Source: Amphiscolops sp. MND2022 (taxonomy: Eukaryota). From it: DNA of 64,000 nt. A program made the translations under genes and the position numbers. Where the stretch lies: the NCBI GenBank assembly GCA_964187785.1, contig OZ076409.1:3350001-3414000 (forward strand), in the 5' to 3' direction. This document shows positions 13,303 to 27,192 of the stretch, one piece after another. The notes under the pieces are model-generated. The model had not been told where the DNA came from and made no database searches. It saw only the letters and a list, made by a program, of their open reading frames with translations. The first letter of the stretch is position 1. The number at the start of each line of letters is the position of its first letter.

Positions 13303-15009
13303 TTCTCAAAACATACCAACTGCTAACGAAACGCTAATGTTAATATTCCAGCACTATTAATCTAGGAACAACCAAAGTAGGTCAATGTCGATGCTTCAAG
13401 TAGACTTCAAGTGTCGAAAGCATAGACGCATTTCCGTTCCAAGGACAAAAGTAGAACAAATCCGCAAAAAAATCAAATGGACACTTGCCCGCTTCAGGTT
13501 CAAAAAGCTCAAGAAGTCTCAAATATGCTCAAAACGACATCTCATACATTTCAGAGATGCAAAAAAATCAGAAAGGGTGCCCTGTGGCCTCGAAAAACGC
13601 GTTTCTGTCACTGAAATCAACCAAAAACACCAAAATTCGATGGGGAAAACCCTTTTTCGGTTGAAAAAACTTTTCCCCGAAAAAGTCGCACAATGCCGAA
13701 AACTTCGAAGGAACCCTTTAGGCTCTGACAACTTTTCCGAAGTTAAATCAGTGGAAAACCGAAGGGGGGCTCTTTGGTGAATTAAAAGTTTTCGAAAAAA
13801 GTCGCACTTTTTCGGCACTATGAGACTGTTTCAAAATTCTCATTTTTCGTCTGAAATTAGGTTTTCTCAATATGTACTCACAAATATATTTTTTTCAATA
13901 CTCGATATAGCGCCGACTTGTTTTTCCAAGAATAAAATCTTTAGAAATTAGAAAGATTCAAATCTTAAACAATATTTATCAGTTCATTTATATTATTGGC
14001 AGTTTGTAGAAGGAGAAATTACCGCGGATAGCCATCTCGACGTACTCAACTACACACACAGCAAGCTTCAAAACGAACTCACTTCCATTGCGAATTACGA
14101 ACAACTGCTCAACTGTAAAGCGCCCGCCTTTTAAGGCTATGGAATGGGAATTTGTCGTGAATTATGACAATCCCAAGTGGGTGCATATCCCAAGAGTCAA
14201 TTTTTGACCATTTTCAAGAAAATTCGGTGTTTTGCTTTGTAAATCTGTCCTCCACTTGTTGAGGTTTTCAATATTTATATACACGGGCACCGTTACTGAC
14301 ACTGCAAGGAGGTTCTGCAGCTTGCAGCGATTCGACACTATCTCATCTTTCAGTTATTAAATTGCCCCTTTGAACTTTGGGCCATCATTCCCGTTGCAGA
14401 CCAACATAGTTTCGCCTCGCACGGTCCCTTTTTAATTGAGTTTCAACTTATACATATCCAGGCATCATTATCGCTGGCTTCAGTTTGTGGAATAAAGGAT
14501 GAAACAGCCACCTTGCATGGCTAAGTATATGTACATGCTGAACAGCAGAAACTGTTCTTCTTTATAAGCTAGGTTCTTTTCTGTAATCCCCCACCACTTG
14601 TTTTTTCGAAAAAATTTGTGAAAATACTAAAAATAAAAAGACCTAGAACTGAATTAGAAACCTTCACTTTTATATATATTCTCTTAATGACAGTTTAGAA
14701 TTCAGATACAAACTTTGTTCACGCATTTTTCCTTATGAAGTCACGCATTCTTGTTGGAAATTCAATGGCTTCCTGTTTTGAGTCACTAAAAACAGTTAAT
14801 TTTTTACATATTTACAGTCAAAATGTGTGAAAAAGTTTGTTCAAATGAAAAGCTATTCCAATAGAAGTTAACTTCCTGTTATGGGAAAAACTTTACTTCA
14901 AATTCAACCAGTTTGATTTTTTTGTAATTTTCCCTAACAAGCCGGCCCTGAAAAGCCGCAATTTTGGGCTCAATTTAATGAAAACGGGCGACAAAGTCGA
15001 ATAAATTAT

Positions 15010-15210
15010 TTGAAGTATCAGATAACAATGGGAAAAATATCTGAAGAACTTAGTACCCTTGCTGTCACGTTTGAAGAGCTTGCGCCAAGTTCAGCTAGCT
15101 GGAAAAGAATTTTCAGTGCAATGGGATGCATCCAAAATGATCTACGAAATCGACTTGGAATGGAAAAACTTGAAAAACTTACCTTTATAAGAAAGGTGCT
15201 AACTCGTTAA
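15010..15210 (+). pseudogene. hAT transposase C-terminal dimerisation-domain remnant (duplicated at 18219-18419)
   Basis: LAPSSASWKRIFSAMGCIQNDLRNRLGMEKLEKLTFI resembles the hAT motif PSSASxERxFS..LRNRLGxEKxxKL. Confidence 0.75.
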
Positions 15211-15689
15211 TGTTTTTTGTTTAAAACATGTTTATATCGTTTAAAACGTTTTTTTTTGTTGAATTCGTGTTTTTTTTACATCCCTCGTAATAGCAAACCT
15301 CGGGAGACGCTTGCCTACAGTGGCAAGGCAAAAGGGCAGTCATCGAGCGAGACATGGACAAATGACGTGATAGCCTGGCCGGCCGGGCATAGTGGGGGGG
15401 GGGTACGGTTTGGTGGAATGGATGCAAACCAAAGGGTGATAGAGGCACCACACATCTTCATCATAATATTTCATATTAGTGCCAAAATGCGTTGTGGCGG
15501 CGGCCGCACGGGACTACTGGAAAAACAGAGGAAAGCTCTCGAGAAAAGAAGCATCATGCAATTCAAAACAAGCACGCGAGGAGGAGCATGGAAACACATG
15601 GGCGGCCGCCTCTTTGCTCAAGTTTATATGGGCCGTATAATCTGCTGTGAAGTATAACATCCATCGAAAATATACACGTACTATCTACA

Positions 15690-16208
15690 TAAAATATTGC
15701 AACCTCATTGCTTAAAACAGCAAAATTCAGAACCAAATATCTCGTAAACTGTCACGAATACAAACATTTGCCAGCTAGGAAAGTTTCTGAGAATTTTATC
15801 TAGTTTACAAAAATGTTTGTTTGAAATTTCTGCGACCCTTTTACTGAAAGGGTTAGAAAATGCAAATTTTAGAAAATTTTAATTGAAATTAGAGTTTTTT
15901 CGAAAATTGAGTAGCTTAGAATTAAATTTTCGGATTTTTTTCATTTGGATATTCTTTTTCCAAAAATACTTTTTCAACTTGAAAATCAAGAAAAATGGCA
16001 AATTTTATGAAATTTTGTCAACATTTACAATTTCTAACTTTGGTATTTTCGTCGCAGAAATTTCAAACAAACATTTTTGTAAACTGGATAAAATTCTAAG
16101 AAACTTTCCTAGCTGACAATTTTCCGTATTTGTGACAGTTTTCGAGATATTTGGATTTGAAATTTGTAATTTTAAGCAAAGGATTTGCGATGTTTTAGAA
16201 CGCTACTG
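15690..16208. mobile_element. Long-TIR foldback MITE, left end truncated (duplicate near 18893-19410)
   Basis: Long inverted arms; right end AGAACGCTACTG+TA; same family as 23573-24119. Confidence 0.8.
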
Positions 16209-19200
16209 TATGCTGCGACTGTGGCCTGATTTCTCCAAGCAACTTACGACAGAGGTGGTGACTACCATTCTTTGTGGACTACTGGTCTACTACACTAAAA
16301 ACTACTGCACGTCTTGAGGTAGCGACACTAGATTGAGGAAAAATAATAAAAGCAGGGCTCACATAAGCACCGCATGTAATGACAGAACAAGACGGGAACG
16401 TCTGAAGTCGGCGCTATATCTAAGGCTCAAAAAGCGCAAAGTTTTCACAATTGTAAAAGGGGGACCCTTTGGTCTTGTCCGGTTTCGTAGGTTACTTCTC
16501 AAAACATACCAACTGCTAACGAAACGCTAATGCTAATATTCCAGCACTATTAATCTAGGAACAACCAAAGTAGGTCAATGTCGATGCTTCAAGTAGACTT
16601 CAAGTGTCGAAAGCATAGACGCATTTCCGTTCCAAGGACAAAAGTAGAACAAATCCGCAAAAAAATCAAATGGACACTTGCCCGCTTCAGGTTCAAAAAG
16701 CTCAAGAAGTCTCAAATATGCTCAAAACGACTTCAAGCAAAGTCTCATACATTTCAGAGATGCAAAAAAATCAGAAAGGGTGCCCTGTGGCCTCGAAAAA
16801 CGCGTTTCTGTCACTGAAATCAACCAAAAACACCAAAATTCGATGGGGAAAACCCTTTTTCGGTTGAAAAAACTTTTCCCCGAAAAAGTCGCACAATGCC
16901 GAAAACTTCGAAGGAACCCTTTAGGCTCTGACAACTTTTCCGAAGTTAAATCAGTGGAAAACCGAAGGGGGGCTCTTTGGTGAATTAAAAGTTTTCGAAA
17001 AAAGTCGCACTTTTTCGGCACTATGAGACTGTTTCAAAATTCTCATTTTTCGTCTGAAATTAGGTTTTCTCAATATGTACTCACAAATATATTTTTTTCA
17101 ATACTCGATATAGCGCCGACTTGTTTTTCCAAGAATAAAATCTTTAGAAATTAGAAAGATTCAAATCTTAAACAATATTTATCAGTTCATTTATATTATT
17201 GGCAGTTTGTAGAAGGAGAAATTACCGCGGATAGCCATCTCGACGTACTCAACTACACACACAGCAAGCTTCAAAACGAACTCACTTCCATTGCGAATTA
17301 CGAACAACTGCTCAACTGTAAAGCGCCCGCCTTTTAAGGCTATGGAATGGGAATTTGTCGTGAATTATGACAATCCCAAGTGGGTGCATATCCCAAGAGT
17401 CAATTTTTGACCATTTTCAAGAAAATTCGGTGTTTTGCTTTGTAAATCTGTCCTCCACTTGTTGAGGTTTTCAATATTTATATACACGGGGACCGTTACT
17501 GACACTGCAAGGAGGTTCTGCAGCTTGCAGCGATTCGACACTATCTCATCTTTCAGTTATTAAATTGCCCCTTTGAACTTTGGGCCATCATTCCCGTTGC
17601 AGACCAACATAGTTTCGCCTCGCACGGTCCCTTTTTAATTGAGTTTCAACTTATACATATCCAGGCATCATTATCGCTGGCTTCAGTTTGTGGAATAAAG
17701 GATGAAACAGCCACCTTGCATGGCTAAGTATATGTACATGCTGAACAGCAGAAACTGTTCTTCTTTATAAGCTAGGTTCTTTTCTGTAATCCCCCACCAC
17801 TTGTTTTTTCGAAAAAAATTTGTGAAAATACTAAAAATAAAAAGACCTAGAACTGAATTAGAAACCTTCACTTTTATATATATTCTCTTAATGACAGTTT
17901 AGAATTCAGATACAAACTTTGTTCACGCATTTTTCCTTATGAAGTCACGCATTCTTGTTGAAAATTCAATGGCTTCCTGTTTTGAGTCACTAAAAACAGT
18001 TAATTTTTTACATATTTACAGTCAAAATGTGTGAAAAAGTTTGTTCAAATGAAAAGCTGTTCCAATAGAAGTTAACTTCCTGTTATGGGAAAAACTTTAC
18101 TTCAAATTCAACCAGTTTGAATTTTTTTTTGTAATTTTCCCTCAAACAAGCCGGCCCTGAAAAGCCGCAATTTTGGGCTCAATTTAATGAAAACGGGCGA
18201 CAAAGTCGAATAAATTATTTGAAGTATCAGATAACAATGGGAAAAATATCTGAAGAACTTAGTACCCTTGCTGTCACGTTTGAAGAGCTTGCGCCAAGTT
18301 CAGCTAGCTGGAAAAGAATTTTCAGTGCAATGGGATGCATCCAAAATGATCTACGAAATCGACTTGGAATGGAAAAACTTGAAAAACTTACCTTTATAAG
18401 AAAGGTGCTAACTCGTTAATGTTTTTTGTTTAAAACATGTTTAAATCGTTTAAAACGTTTTTTTTTGTTGAATTCGTGTTTTTTTTACATCCCTCGTAAT
18501 AGCAAACCTCGGGAGACGCTTGCCTACAGTGGCAAGGCAAAAGGGCAGTCATCGAGCGAGACATGGACAAATGACGTGATAGCCTGGCCGGCCGGGCATA
18601 GTGGGGGGGGGTACGGTTTGGTGGAATGGATGCAAACCAAAGGGTGATAGAGGCACCACACATCTTCATCATAATATTTCATATTACTGCCAAAATGCGT
18701 TGTGGCGGCGGCCGCACGGGACTACTGGAAAAACAGAGGAAAGCTCTCGAGAAAAGAAGCATCATGCAATTCAAAACAAGCACGCGAGGAGGAGCATGGA
18801 AACACATGGGCGGCCGCCTCTTTGCTCAAGTTTATATGGGCCGTATAATCTGCTGTGAAGCATAACATCGAAAATATACACGTACTATCTACATAAAATA
18901 TTGCAACCTCATTGCTTAAAACAGCAAAATTCAGAACCAAATATCTCGTAAACTGTCACGAATACAAACATTTGCCAGCTAGGAAAGTTTGAGAATTTTA
19001 TCTAGTTTACAAAAATGTTTGTTTGAAATTTCTGCGACCCTTTTACTGAAAGGGTTAGAAAATGCAAATTTTAGAAAATTTTAATTGAAATTAGAGTTTT
19101 TTCGAAAATTGAGTAGCTTAGAATTAAATTTTCGGATTTTTTTCATTTGGATATTCTTTTTCCAAAAATACTTTTTCAACTTGAAAATCAAGAAAAATGG

Positions 19201-19588
19201 CAAATTTTATGAAATTTTGTCAACATTTACAATTTCTAACTTTGGTATTTTCGTCGCAGAAATTTCAAACAAACATTTTTGTAAACTGGATAAAATTCTA
19301 AGAAACTTTTCTAGCTGACAATTTTCCGTATTTGTGACAGTTTTCGAGATATTTGGATTTGAAATTTGTAATTTTAAGCAAAGGATTTGCGATGTTTTAG
19401 AACGCTACTGTATGCTGCGACTGTGGCCTGATTTCTCCAAGCAACTTACGACAGAGGTGGTGACTACCATTCTTTGTGGACTACTGGTCTGGTACACTAA
19501 AAACTACTGTACGTCTTGAGGTAGCGACAATAGATTGAGGAAAAATAATAAAAGCAGGGCTCACATAAGCACCGCATGTAATGACAGA

Positions 19589-19890
19589 ACAAGACGGGAA
19601 CGTCTGAAGTCGGCGCTATATCTAAGGCTCAAAAAGCGCAAAGTTTTCACAATTGTAAAAGGGGGACCCTTTGGTCTTGTCCGGTTTCGTAGGTTACTTA
19701 AAAAAAGGTAAAAAATGAAAGATGGGACCCTTTGCACTAAGTTTGCATTGGCCGGACTTGGCCTTAGTAGTTTTAGTAGTTTCGATTGTAAGAAAAGTGG
19801 ACCAATCAGAGTGAGATTGTAGACTGATGAAAAAAAACTAGCCCCTGTAATAGTCGGGCTCTTTTCACTAGAAAAACGCCGACTAAAAAA
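19589..19890 (-). mobile_element. HINE-family copy (its duplicate at 16387-16495 is truncated by the duplication junction)
   Basis: ACAAGACGGGAACGTCTGAAGTCGGCG ... AGTCGGGCTCTTTTCACTAGAAAAACGCCGACTAAAAAA. Confidence 0.85.
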
Positions 19891-20320
19891 GGGATCTTTC
19901 TATGATTCAAAACAGAGTTCAGCGAAACGAGGAGGACAAAAATAAGAGGGGAACGGCTAGAGGGGGGTGGACAATACAAGGAGAACATAATTCGAGGAAT
20001 GGGATTGATGACACATAAACATGAGGGAATGCTGTCATGTTTAGTGATGATGTCAATAAGATGACCACAAGGACACCTACTAATTATCATGTCACTGCAA
20101 CCAGAAATGGCTCAACGATCGACCGAATTGAACCTAACAAACACTGGCCACCATGGAACAAACTGTGCCAAGGGAAAGGAAGACTAGACGATGAAGGCTG
20201 CTAGTTAGACCAGACTGTCTCTCTGCCTCTTGGCAGCTCAATTCTGAAGAGTAGACACTCGTGGTGTTTTAAGCTTCTACTGCGTTTGCCATTGTTCATT
20301 CTGTACTTTCAATAGATGTA

Positions 20321-20847
20321 ACAAGCCGGGAACGGCCAAAGTCGGCGCCATATCTAAGGCTCAAAATTGTAAAAGGGGGGACCCTTCGGGCTTTGTGAAA
20401 CTCCAGCTGGTTGCAAAATATGAAAAGAAAATTGAAGGGGAGCCCCTTTGGGGACTTGAAAAAATTTCCCAAAAAAATTTAAAATGAGAATAGTGTCACA
20501 GTGCCGAAAATGTAAAAGGGGGGACCCTTTGCGATTTTTTTGACATCCATTGTGTTGCAAAATATCGAAACAAATGAAGGAGGGACCCTTTGGTGCAATC
20601 CAAAAAGTTTCAAAAAAGTCGCATAGTGCCGAAAAAAGTGGAGCTATGGAGGGATCCTTAGTGTGATTTCGAGGTTCTGGGCGTCTGTTTTGTTTCTTCT
20701 TTTCGTTTTGGACGTGTTTTTGAGGTTCGAAGTTGTTGAGGTTTGACGTTGTTGAACAAATGAACAAAAAAGTGGACCTTACGTGTCTAAAAAAATACCC
20801 ACTGTAAGAGTCGGGCACATTTTCTACTAAAATGCGCCGACTAAAAA
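20321..20847 (-). mobile_element. HINE-family copy
   Basis: Complete family termini; similar to the inverted copy at 32314-32773. Confidence 0.85.
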
Positions 20848-21218
20848 TAGCAAAAGAACTTCAAGTGTCAAGTATTCTTTTACAGTACCCGGAAAACCCA
20901 AACGTTGGTTGGACCGAATTGGCGCGCTAAAAATTCAAGTCCATCGAATCGAAATGTTTCTCTGAAATCCTCCCGCCACTTGAAGTTGTAAAGGAATTGT
21001 TATATTTCCATCAGACAGTTATCAAGTTCGGTGCCCATTATATCTAAATTTTCCTTTCCTGGAATTTATCTGAATGTTACCCGTGATAAGAAAGAAATGT
21101 GATGTCTGTCTGGTCACAGTTGAGGATTAGGAGATTTCAGAAGTTGAAATAAATCAAATCTACCATGAGAAGCGAATCCTTAACAACGCAAGCCTTGTTA
21201 CACGGTTTATGTTTTAAG

Positions 21219-21499
21219 CAGGGCTGGGGAAAAACGTGTTTTTAACCCGAATGAAAACAAACAGCGTGTTTTCTTTAAAAAACAATTATTTTTTCATTGT
21301 TTTTTTGTTTTTGCACCAAAAGTAAGGTTTAAAGCCTTTTTCGATATACAGCGAGAGTACAAAATTCAGCGCTCAACTGTCTAGAGAAAAATGGAAGTTT
21401 GCCAGCTTTCTCAACACCCAAATTTGTTCGAAGAGAACCATATGCAAGACCCAAAGTAAAGTGTTCTATTTTTTGGTGTGAGGCATAGCTACGTGAAAA
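21219..21499 (-). mobile_element. hAT remnant cut by a HINE insertion
   Basis: CAGGGCTGGG terminus; minus-strand LGLAYGSLRTNLGVEKAGKLPF resembles the hAT dimerisation domain. Confidence 0.65.
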
Positions 21500-21910
21500 A
21501 CAAGCCGGAACGGTCAAAGTCGGCGCTATATTTGAGGCTCAAAAAGTGCGAAGTTTTTAAAATTGTAAAATTTTTGAACAATGTCACAGTGCCGAAAAAT
21601 GTAAAGGGGACCCTTCGAGATTTTTTGACATCCATTGTGTTTCCAAATTGGTGGAATCCGAAAAAGTTCAAAAAAGTCGCATAGTGAAAAGTCGCATAGT
21701 GAAAGTCGAAAAAAATCCGAGTGAAAAACACTAGGGGGTGGGGGGTCCTATGTTTCCGAGGTTCTGGACGTCGATGTTTTTGTTTTGAACGAGGTTCTGG
21801 CGTTTCGAGTATGTTTTGGACGTCCGTAGTTCAAGTTGATGATGTTGAACAAATGAACAAAAAAGTGGACCGATCGCGTTGAACTGACGAAAAAAAACTC
21901 CGACTAAAAA
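21500..21910 (-). mobile_element. HINE-family copy
   Basis: ACAAGCCGGAACGGTCAAAGTCGGCG ... CCGACTAAAAA. Confidence 0.8.
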
Positions 21911-22299
21911 TGAGCGACACTTCTTGAATGGATTAACCTTTCAAGGTCCCCTACAAACCTTTCAAACCCTTACACGAATGCTGGAAACAGAAAAAAACAC
22001 ACACTCAAATCTACGGAATCTGTTTTCCATTCCAATCTTCAACCTGTGACACTGTAATTGAGCTGTCACCTCTGTTTTTCCATCATTTCAACCCATCAGC
22101 CTTTCTCTCCCCATTCCAATAAAGCCAGGGGCCACTGTTTGTTTACTAAAGCTGCTCAAACAAATAGAGAGACTGACAGTACATTCCAATGCCTAACTTA
22201 GATTGCCCTGCAAACAGTACGTACCAGATAACCTCTCGGAATCTGAGTACCAGAAAATCGCCAAAACATTTAGAAAGCTTCATGGAGACAAAGTTTTTT

Positions 22300-22709
22300 T
22301 CTTTCAAAAAATGTCGCATAGTGCCAAAAAATGTAAAAGGGGGGATCCTTTGGGCTTTATTAACATATATTCTGTTGCAAAATATCAAAAAACTCGAAAG
22401 GGGGACTCTTTTGAGACATTAAAAAAATTTCGAAAAAAAGTCGCACAATGCCGAAAAAATCAAAAGGGGGGACCCTTTAGTCTCGTCCGGTTTTGAAGTT
22501 TACGTTAAAATAGTAAAAAATGAAAGGGGGACCCTTTTGCACTATTTTCCGCTGACGGGACTTGGCCTTATGCTAGTAGTTTTAGTAGTTTCGATTGTAA
22601 GAAAAGTGGCCCAATCAGAGTGAGACTGTAGTCTGACGAAAAAAAAAGAAAAAAACTAGCCACTGTAATAGTCGGGCACTTTTCACTAGAAAAGCGCCGA
22701 CTAAAAAAA
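22300..22709 (-). mobile_element. HINE-family copy, one end truncated
   Basis: Core units plus terminal hairpin AGTCGGGCACTTTTCACTAGAAAAGCGCCGACTAAAA; left boundary approximate. Confidence 0.75.
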
Positions 22710-23572
22710 GCACATTCACCAGTTGAGTTTCTTGAGAATAATTTAAACATTAAACAGTCTTTCCAACTCGCAGCCACTAAATTAGTCGCAATACAATTCT
22801 GAACATGCGGGTTAAATTAAAGGACTACTTGTAAAATTGATCCTAATTCAAAATTCAAACAAAAGGACAAAAACCAAACCCGCTTGCGCGGTAAAGGAGT
22901 CGGAAACGGATTAAAATATTGAAAAACAAATTAACTACTTTGTCATTTGATCTTTTTTGGACTAATTTTGGACTAATGTTCATCAGATCCCATTAGTTGA
23001 TGACGTCATACCATTTTGATGTCATTGCACACATAGGACCCTAATATGGTGTTGAATAATTGTTAAAAAAATTCGTTCGAATCGTATGGACAGTTTTTGA
23101 GAAATTTGAAATTATCATTAAAATGTCGGAAGAAAAAAAGTAAGAGTGAATAGGTGGTCAAAAACTTTTTCCGACTCCTAAAAATGCAGCAGTGCAACTA
23201 AAAGTGAATTATTCACGTTCATTCCTTCCGAACTGTTCAAATAGATTCGCCTTCACATTTAGATTCAAAAAAACCTTAGCCTCTATTCATTTTCAAAGTT
23301 GCTTGACAATATACTTTTTTCAGAACTTTTTGGCACTACTCAACAAGGGGTCCAAACGTTAAGAGTAGTTTGTTCAGCAATCAAACGGAGCCTGAACGAA
23401 TCCAGAAGGCCACTTTCACATTTCGGCGCCATGGGATGATCTTCTTGAAATTTCGTTGCATATTGTCACTTCATTGAACTATTTTCGTTTTTACAGCTAT
23501 TGATGAAATCTCAAACGGAGTCGCTCTCAGAGTTACCCGAATCAATTAGCGACTGAAAGTAAATGTAGCATA

Positions 23573-24119
23573 CAGTAGCGTTCTGAAATATCGCAACCTC
23601 ATTGCATAAAATGGCAAAATTCAAAGCCAAATATCTCGAAAAATAGGAAAGTTTCTTGGAATTTTATCTAGTTTACAAAAATATTTGACATTTCTGCGAA
23701 AAAAAATAGAAATTGGAAATTTTGACAAAATTACACCAAAGTTGAAGAAACATTTTTGAAAAATTTTCAGTTAAACATTTGCCCCCATATCTCCTGAGGA
23801 TGCTGATATGATTTGATTGAAAAACTTTTTCGATTTCAAATGAAAATCAATCTTCTAAATGCAATTCATATATTTCAATTCTAAGCTATTAATTTTCGAA
23901 AAAAAACTCAAATTTCAATTGAATTTTCTAAAATTTGCATTTTCTAACTTTTTCAGTGTGGTTGGCAGAAATTTCAAACAAACATTTTTGTAAACTAGAT
24001 AAAATTCTCAGAAACTTTCCTAGCTGGCAAATGTTTGTATTCGTGACAGTTTACGAGATATTTGGTTTTGAATTTTGCCATTTTATGCAATGAGGTTGCG
24101 ATATTTTAGAACGCAACTG
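23573..24119. mobile_element. Tc1/mariner-type long-TIR MITE
   Basis: TA|CAGTAGCGTTCTGAAATATCGCAACCTCATTGCATAAAATGGC... is inverted at ...GCCATTTTATGCAATGAGGTTGCGATATTTTAGAACGCAACTG|TA. Confidence 0.9.
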
Positions 24120-25176
24120 TACAATACAATCACAAAATTTTGGCTACCAGTACTCCGGGAAAAGTAGCACATAATCGAGTGAACCAAAACATTTTTTGTT
24201 TTTAAATTAACAAAAAACTTTCCCTATCACGGTTTCTGGAGCTTTACTCTTGCATGCTGTGTGTCATTGAAAAAGCAAATGCAAAATACTGCTTCTGTTG
24301 ATGCCACTGAAAGAAATTACACACTCAGAGGGGCGGGGCTGATTTTTCCACTCAAATGAATGGGGGAGTGTGCGATAATCAAACACTAGACTGTAATTTA
24401 TGATGAGATTAGTTAGTTAACTATCCATCAACTAACCACTAGAAGAACCAACGACTGCTAGACAAGACATACAACTGAGTCAACTATTTCTTAATGCTCC
24501 CAACCCGTCCCCTACTGAGCTAGGAGCGAAACAACCCTAACGCTGCCTTTGCCTAATTAGTTTCTGCTACATTTCACAAAATTTGCCACAGATGCAAAAA
24601 AGACAAACGAAATAAGAAATTCGCGCAATGAAATGAAGATACGTATACATGTATTTGAGACGTGTGTTGTTAACATGCACATTTGCATTTCAAAGCAGTC
24701 ACCGCCACAAAATCAAGAGACGTGCTGTGATTGGAATGCAAAAATGACAAAAAAAACACGAAACTAGATCGCTGTTTTTGCTGTTCAGCAATAAAATGTG
24801 AAGTGTGCTGTTGTAAAAAAAGGGGCTTGTTCATCTAGTGACCTCTGTATATACTAGGTGAACCAAAAAAACGGAACGCACAAAAATTTGCGTCTTCAAA
24901 ATCGTATTATTTGTAAACAAGTAACTGAAAATTGTTCAATTTTTCTGTCAGTAATTTAGAAAGAAGCCCTTGTTACGTAATCACATCTTCAACTACGGAT
25001 GGTTCGAACCTTCAGAAAAAGTGTAGACGTCTTGACCAGTCATTTCATTCTCACTTTTAATGTGTGAAGGTTCTTTCGCTTCGAAGAAAAGTTGCCAACT
25101 TGAATGATTGACAGCAGCGTTCAAAGATGTTGTGAAACTTTTGTTGATAAATATTTGAAACTTTGAGAGATGAAAG

Positions 25177-25670
25177 CAAGGCTGGCAGTATTTCACGAAA
25201 AATAGCTAAATTACACGCGCTATTTCACTCAATTTTAAGGCAATTACATGCTAATTTCACGGATTTTACTTGATTAGACGGCTATTTCACGGGGAAATAA
25301 AACAAAAATGGTGATGAAAATTCATAACTTATAAAACAAAAATGGTGATGAAAATTTATAATTTTTCGGCGTTGAAGTATAAAAACAATGTTTGTTCTCA
25401 ATTTTCGTCTCCAAAAGATCGCCTGTCGTCTGACAGAACATTGATGAAGTGCGAAATTACTCGCTCAACATTCGCTGAAGCCCATTTTTAATGTTCAAAT
25501 TCATTCCCATCCAAAATTGTTTCGAAACTTCTTGATTTTTGAGTGAACAAATTGACCAATTACTCGCGCTTCATCAAACATGTTGATCATCAATCACACA
25601 CACCGCGTCACGGAATAAACCAATCAGACAATTACACGGAATTTCACGGCGTGAATAACTGCTAGCCTTG
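25177..25670 (-). mobile_element. hAT deletion derivative (494 bp)
   Basis: TIR CAAGGCTGGCAGT / ACTGCTAGCCTTG (12/13); TSD GATGAAAG / CATGAAAG (7/8); minus-strand remnant ASANVERVISHFINVLSDDRRSFGDEN; subterminal TTTCACG/TTACACG repeats. Confidence 0.85.
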
Positions 25671-26178
25671 CATGAAAGCAAGGTAAGGTAACCCCCTAAG
25701 ACATCTTGTCTGTCACTCTGTGTACCAGCAGAGCGGCTGTGCTAGCTCTTTTTCGAGGAAAAAAGGGAGAAGTAAGGAAAGCAAGGAAATGGAATTAGCA
25801 TAACAGGCTGCTGTCATTTCGGACGACGACCAACATGCTACCATGGCGTAATGACGACGAAGACAATATTTGCAAATAAAAAAGAACAAGCATCGCTCGC
25901 TTTCTTGGCAAGCACGATGGTACTTTATCTCTCTCCCTCTGTATTATTTTGTTTTGTATTGTATTGCCACATCATCTCCGTCAATCAACAATCAACACTG
26001 AAAGAAGCGGCGACAGTAAATCAAGATCTAGAAGCGGCGGCGAATCAGAAAACAAAACAACGATGACGAATATCGCCTCCTCGCTTTTTCATTCCTCTTC
26101 ACTCCTTGGGTGCTAGCTGCTGATGTGCTCAAATGTCAAGGTACTGTTTGTAAGTGTTAGTAGTACGTCACATCCTTG

Positions 26179-26182
<4 letters not shown>

Positions 26183-26274
<92 letters not shown>
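26183..26274. repeat. (TAC)n microsatellite, about 30 units
   Basis: Uninterrupted TAC run. Confidence 0.98.
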
Positions 26275-26334
26275 CTGTATTTACGACAACTACTACCTCG
26301 AACCATGCTACTGATAATGATGAAGACTAGAGTA

Positions 26335-26701
26335 CTAGGTGAACCAAAAAAAACGGAACGCACAAGAATTTTATGCTCTCAAAATGTCGAATATTTGTCA
26401 ACAAATTTTCAAAACAACTCTGGACGCTGGAATTCAGCTTGTCAATCCTTCAATTTGACAACATTGCTTTCACGCATTCGAGTGTCAAAGAATTTTCACA
26501 CTTTAGAAGTGCGAACAAAGTGACTGGTAAAGATGTCTAGAATTTCACCGAGGGTTCAAATCATCTTTTGTTAAACATTCGATTACGTAATAGGAGCTCC
26601 GATTCCAAAGAAGGACTGGACAATTTTCTGAACCTTGTTTAGAAATATTACATTTGGAAGAACGAAATTTTTGTTCGTTCCGTTCTTTTTGGTTCACCTA
26701 G
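26335..26701. mobile_element. Tc1/mariner-type MITE (CTAGGTGAACC family)
   Basis: TA|CTAGGTGAACCAAAAAAACGGAACG ... CGTTCCGTTCTTTTTGGTTCACCTAG|TA. Confidence 0.9.
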
Positions 26702-27192
26702 TAGGATCAAGCCGGCAAAACACAACACAGTACATGTACGCACACAGGCTCTACCCTTCTACGAACATTAACACCAGCTCGCCGCGGCCTTTGTTGACAT
26801 TGCGCCACATCTCGACAAAAGCGATCATTGCTTCTTCTTTCATTATTGCACATGAGTAGTAGGGCTAGCGGGTAGTTGGTAAGTGTAGACGTTCAATATG
26901 TATGTAAATGGCAATTGGTGCTGCCGTAAAAAACATGAATAAAAACATCCATGCATGACAATCACAACACAACAGCCATCATACAACACACACTACCTAC
27001 ATGTACAATCGGCAGCAGTCATAACTAACGCCACCCTTGATGTTCCTATCTTTATTACGTATGCAGCAAAGTCAGTCACCATCAAATCGCTCCCAATCAC
27101 CCCCATTCCCTCACAGCACATTTGGACAAAATGAGGAAAAAGTTCAAAAAACATAACTTCAACTATTCATAAATGACCAGAAACTTCCATTA

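Larger units (their letters stand above)
13303..19697. repeat. Near-identical tandem duplication of about 3.2 kb (13303-16495 and 16496-19697)
   Basis: Both units start TTCTCAAAACATACCAACTGC and end CCGGTTTCGTAGGTTAC; few substitutions and small indels; the ORF track is duplicated accordingly. Confidence 0.97.

Noticed and set aside
26123..26523. Poly-Thr and poly-Tyr ORFs
   Set aside because: They are artefacts of the (TAC)n microsatellite and an adjacent MITE.
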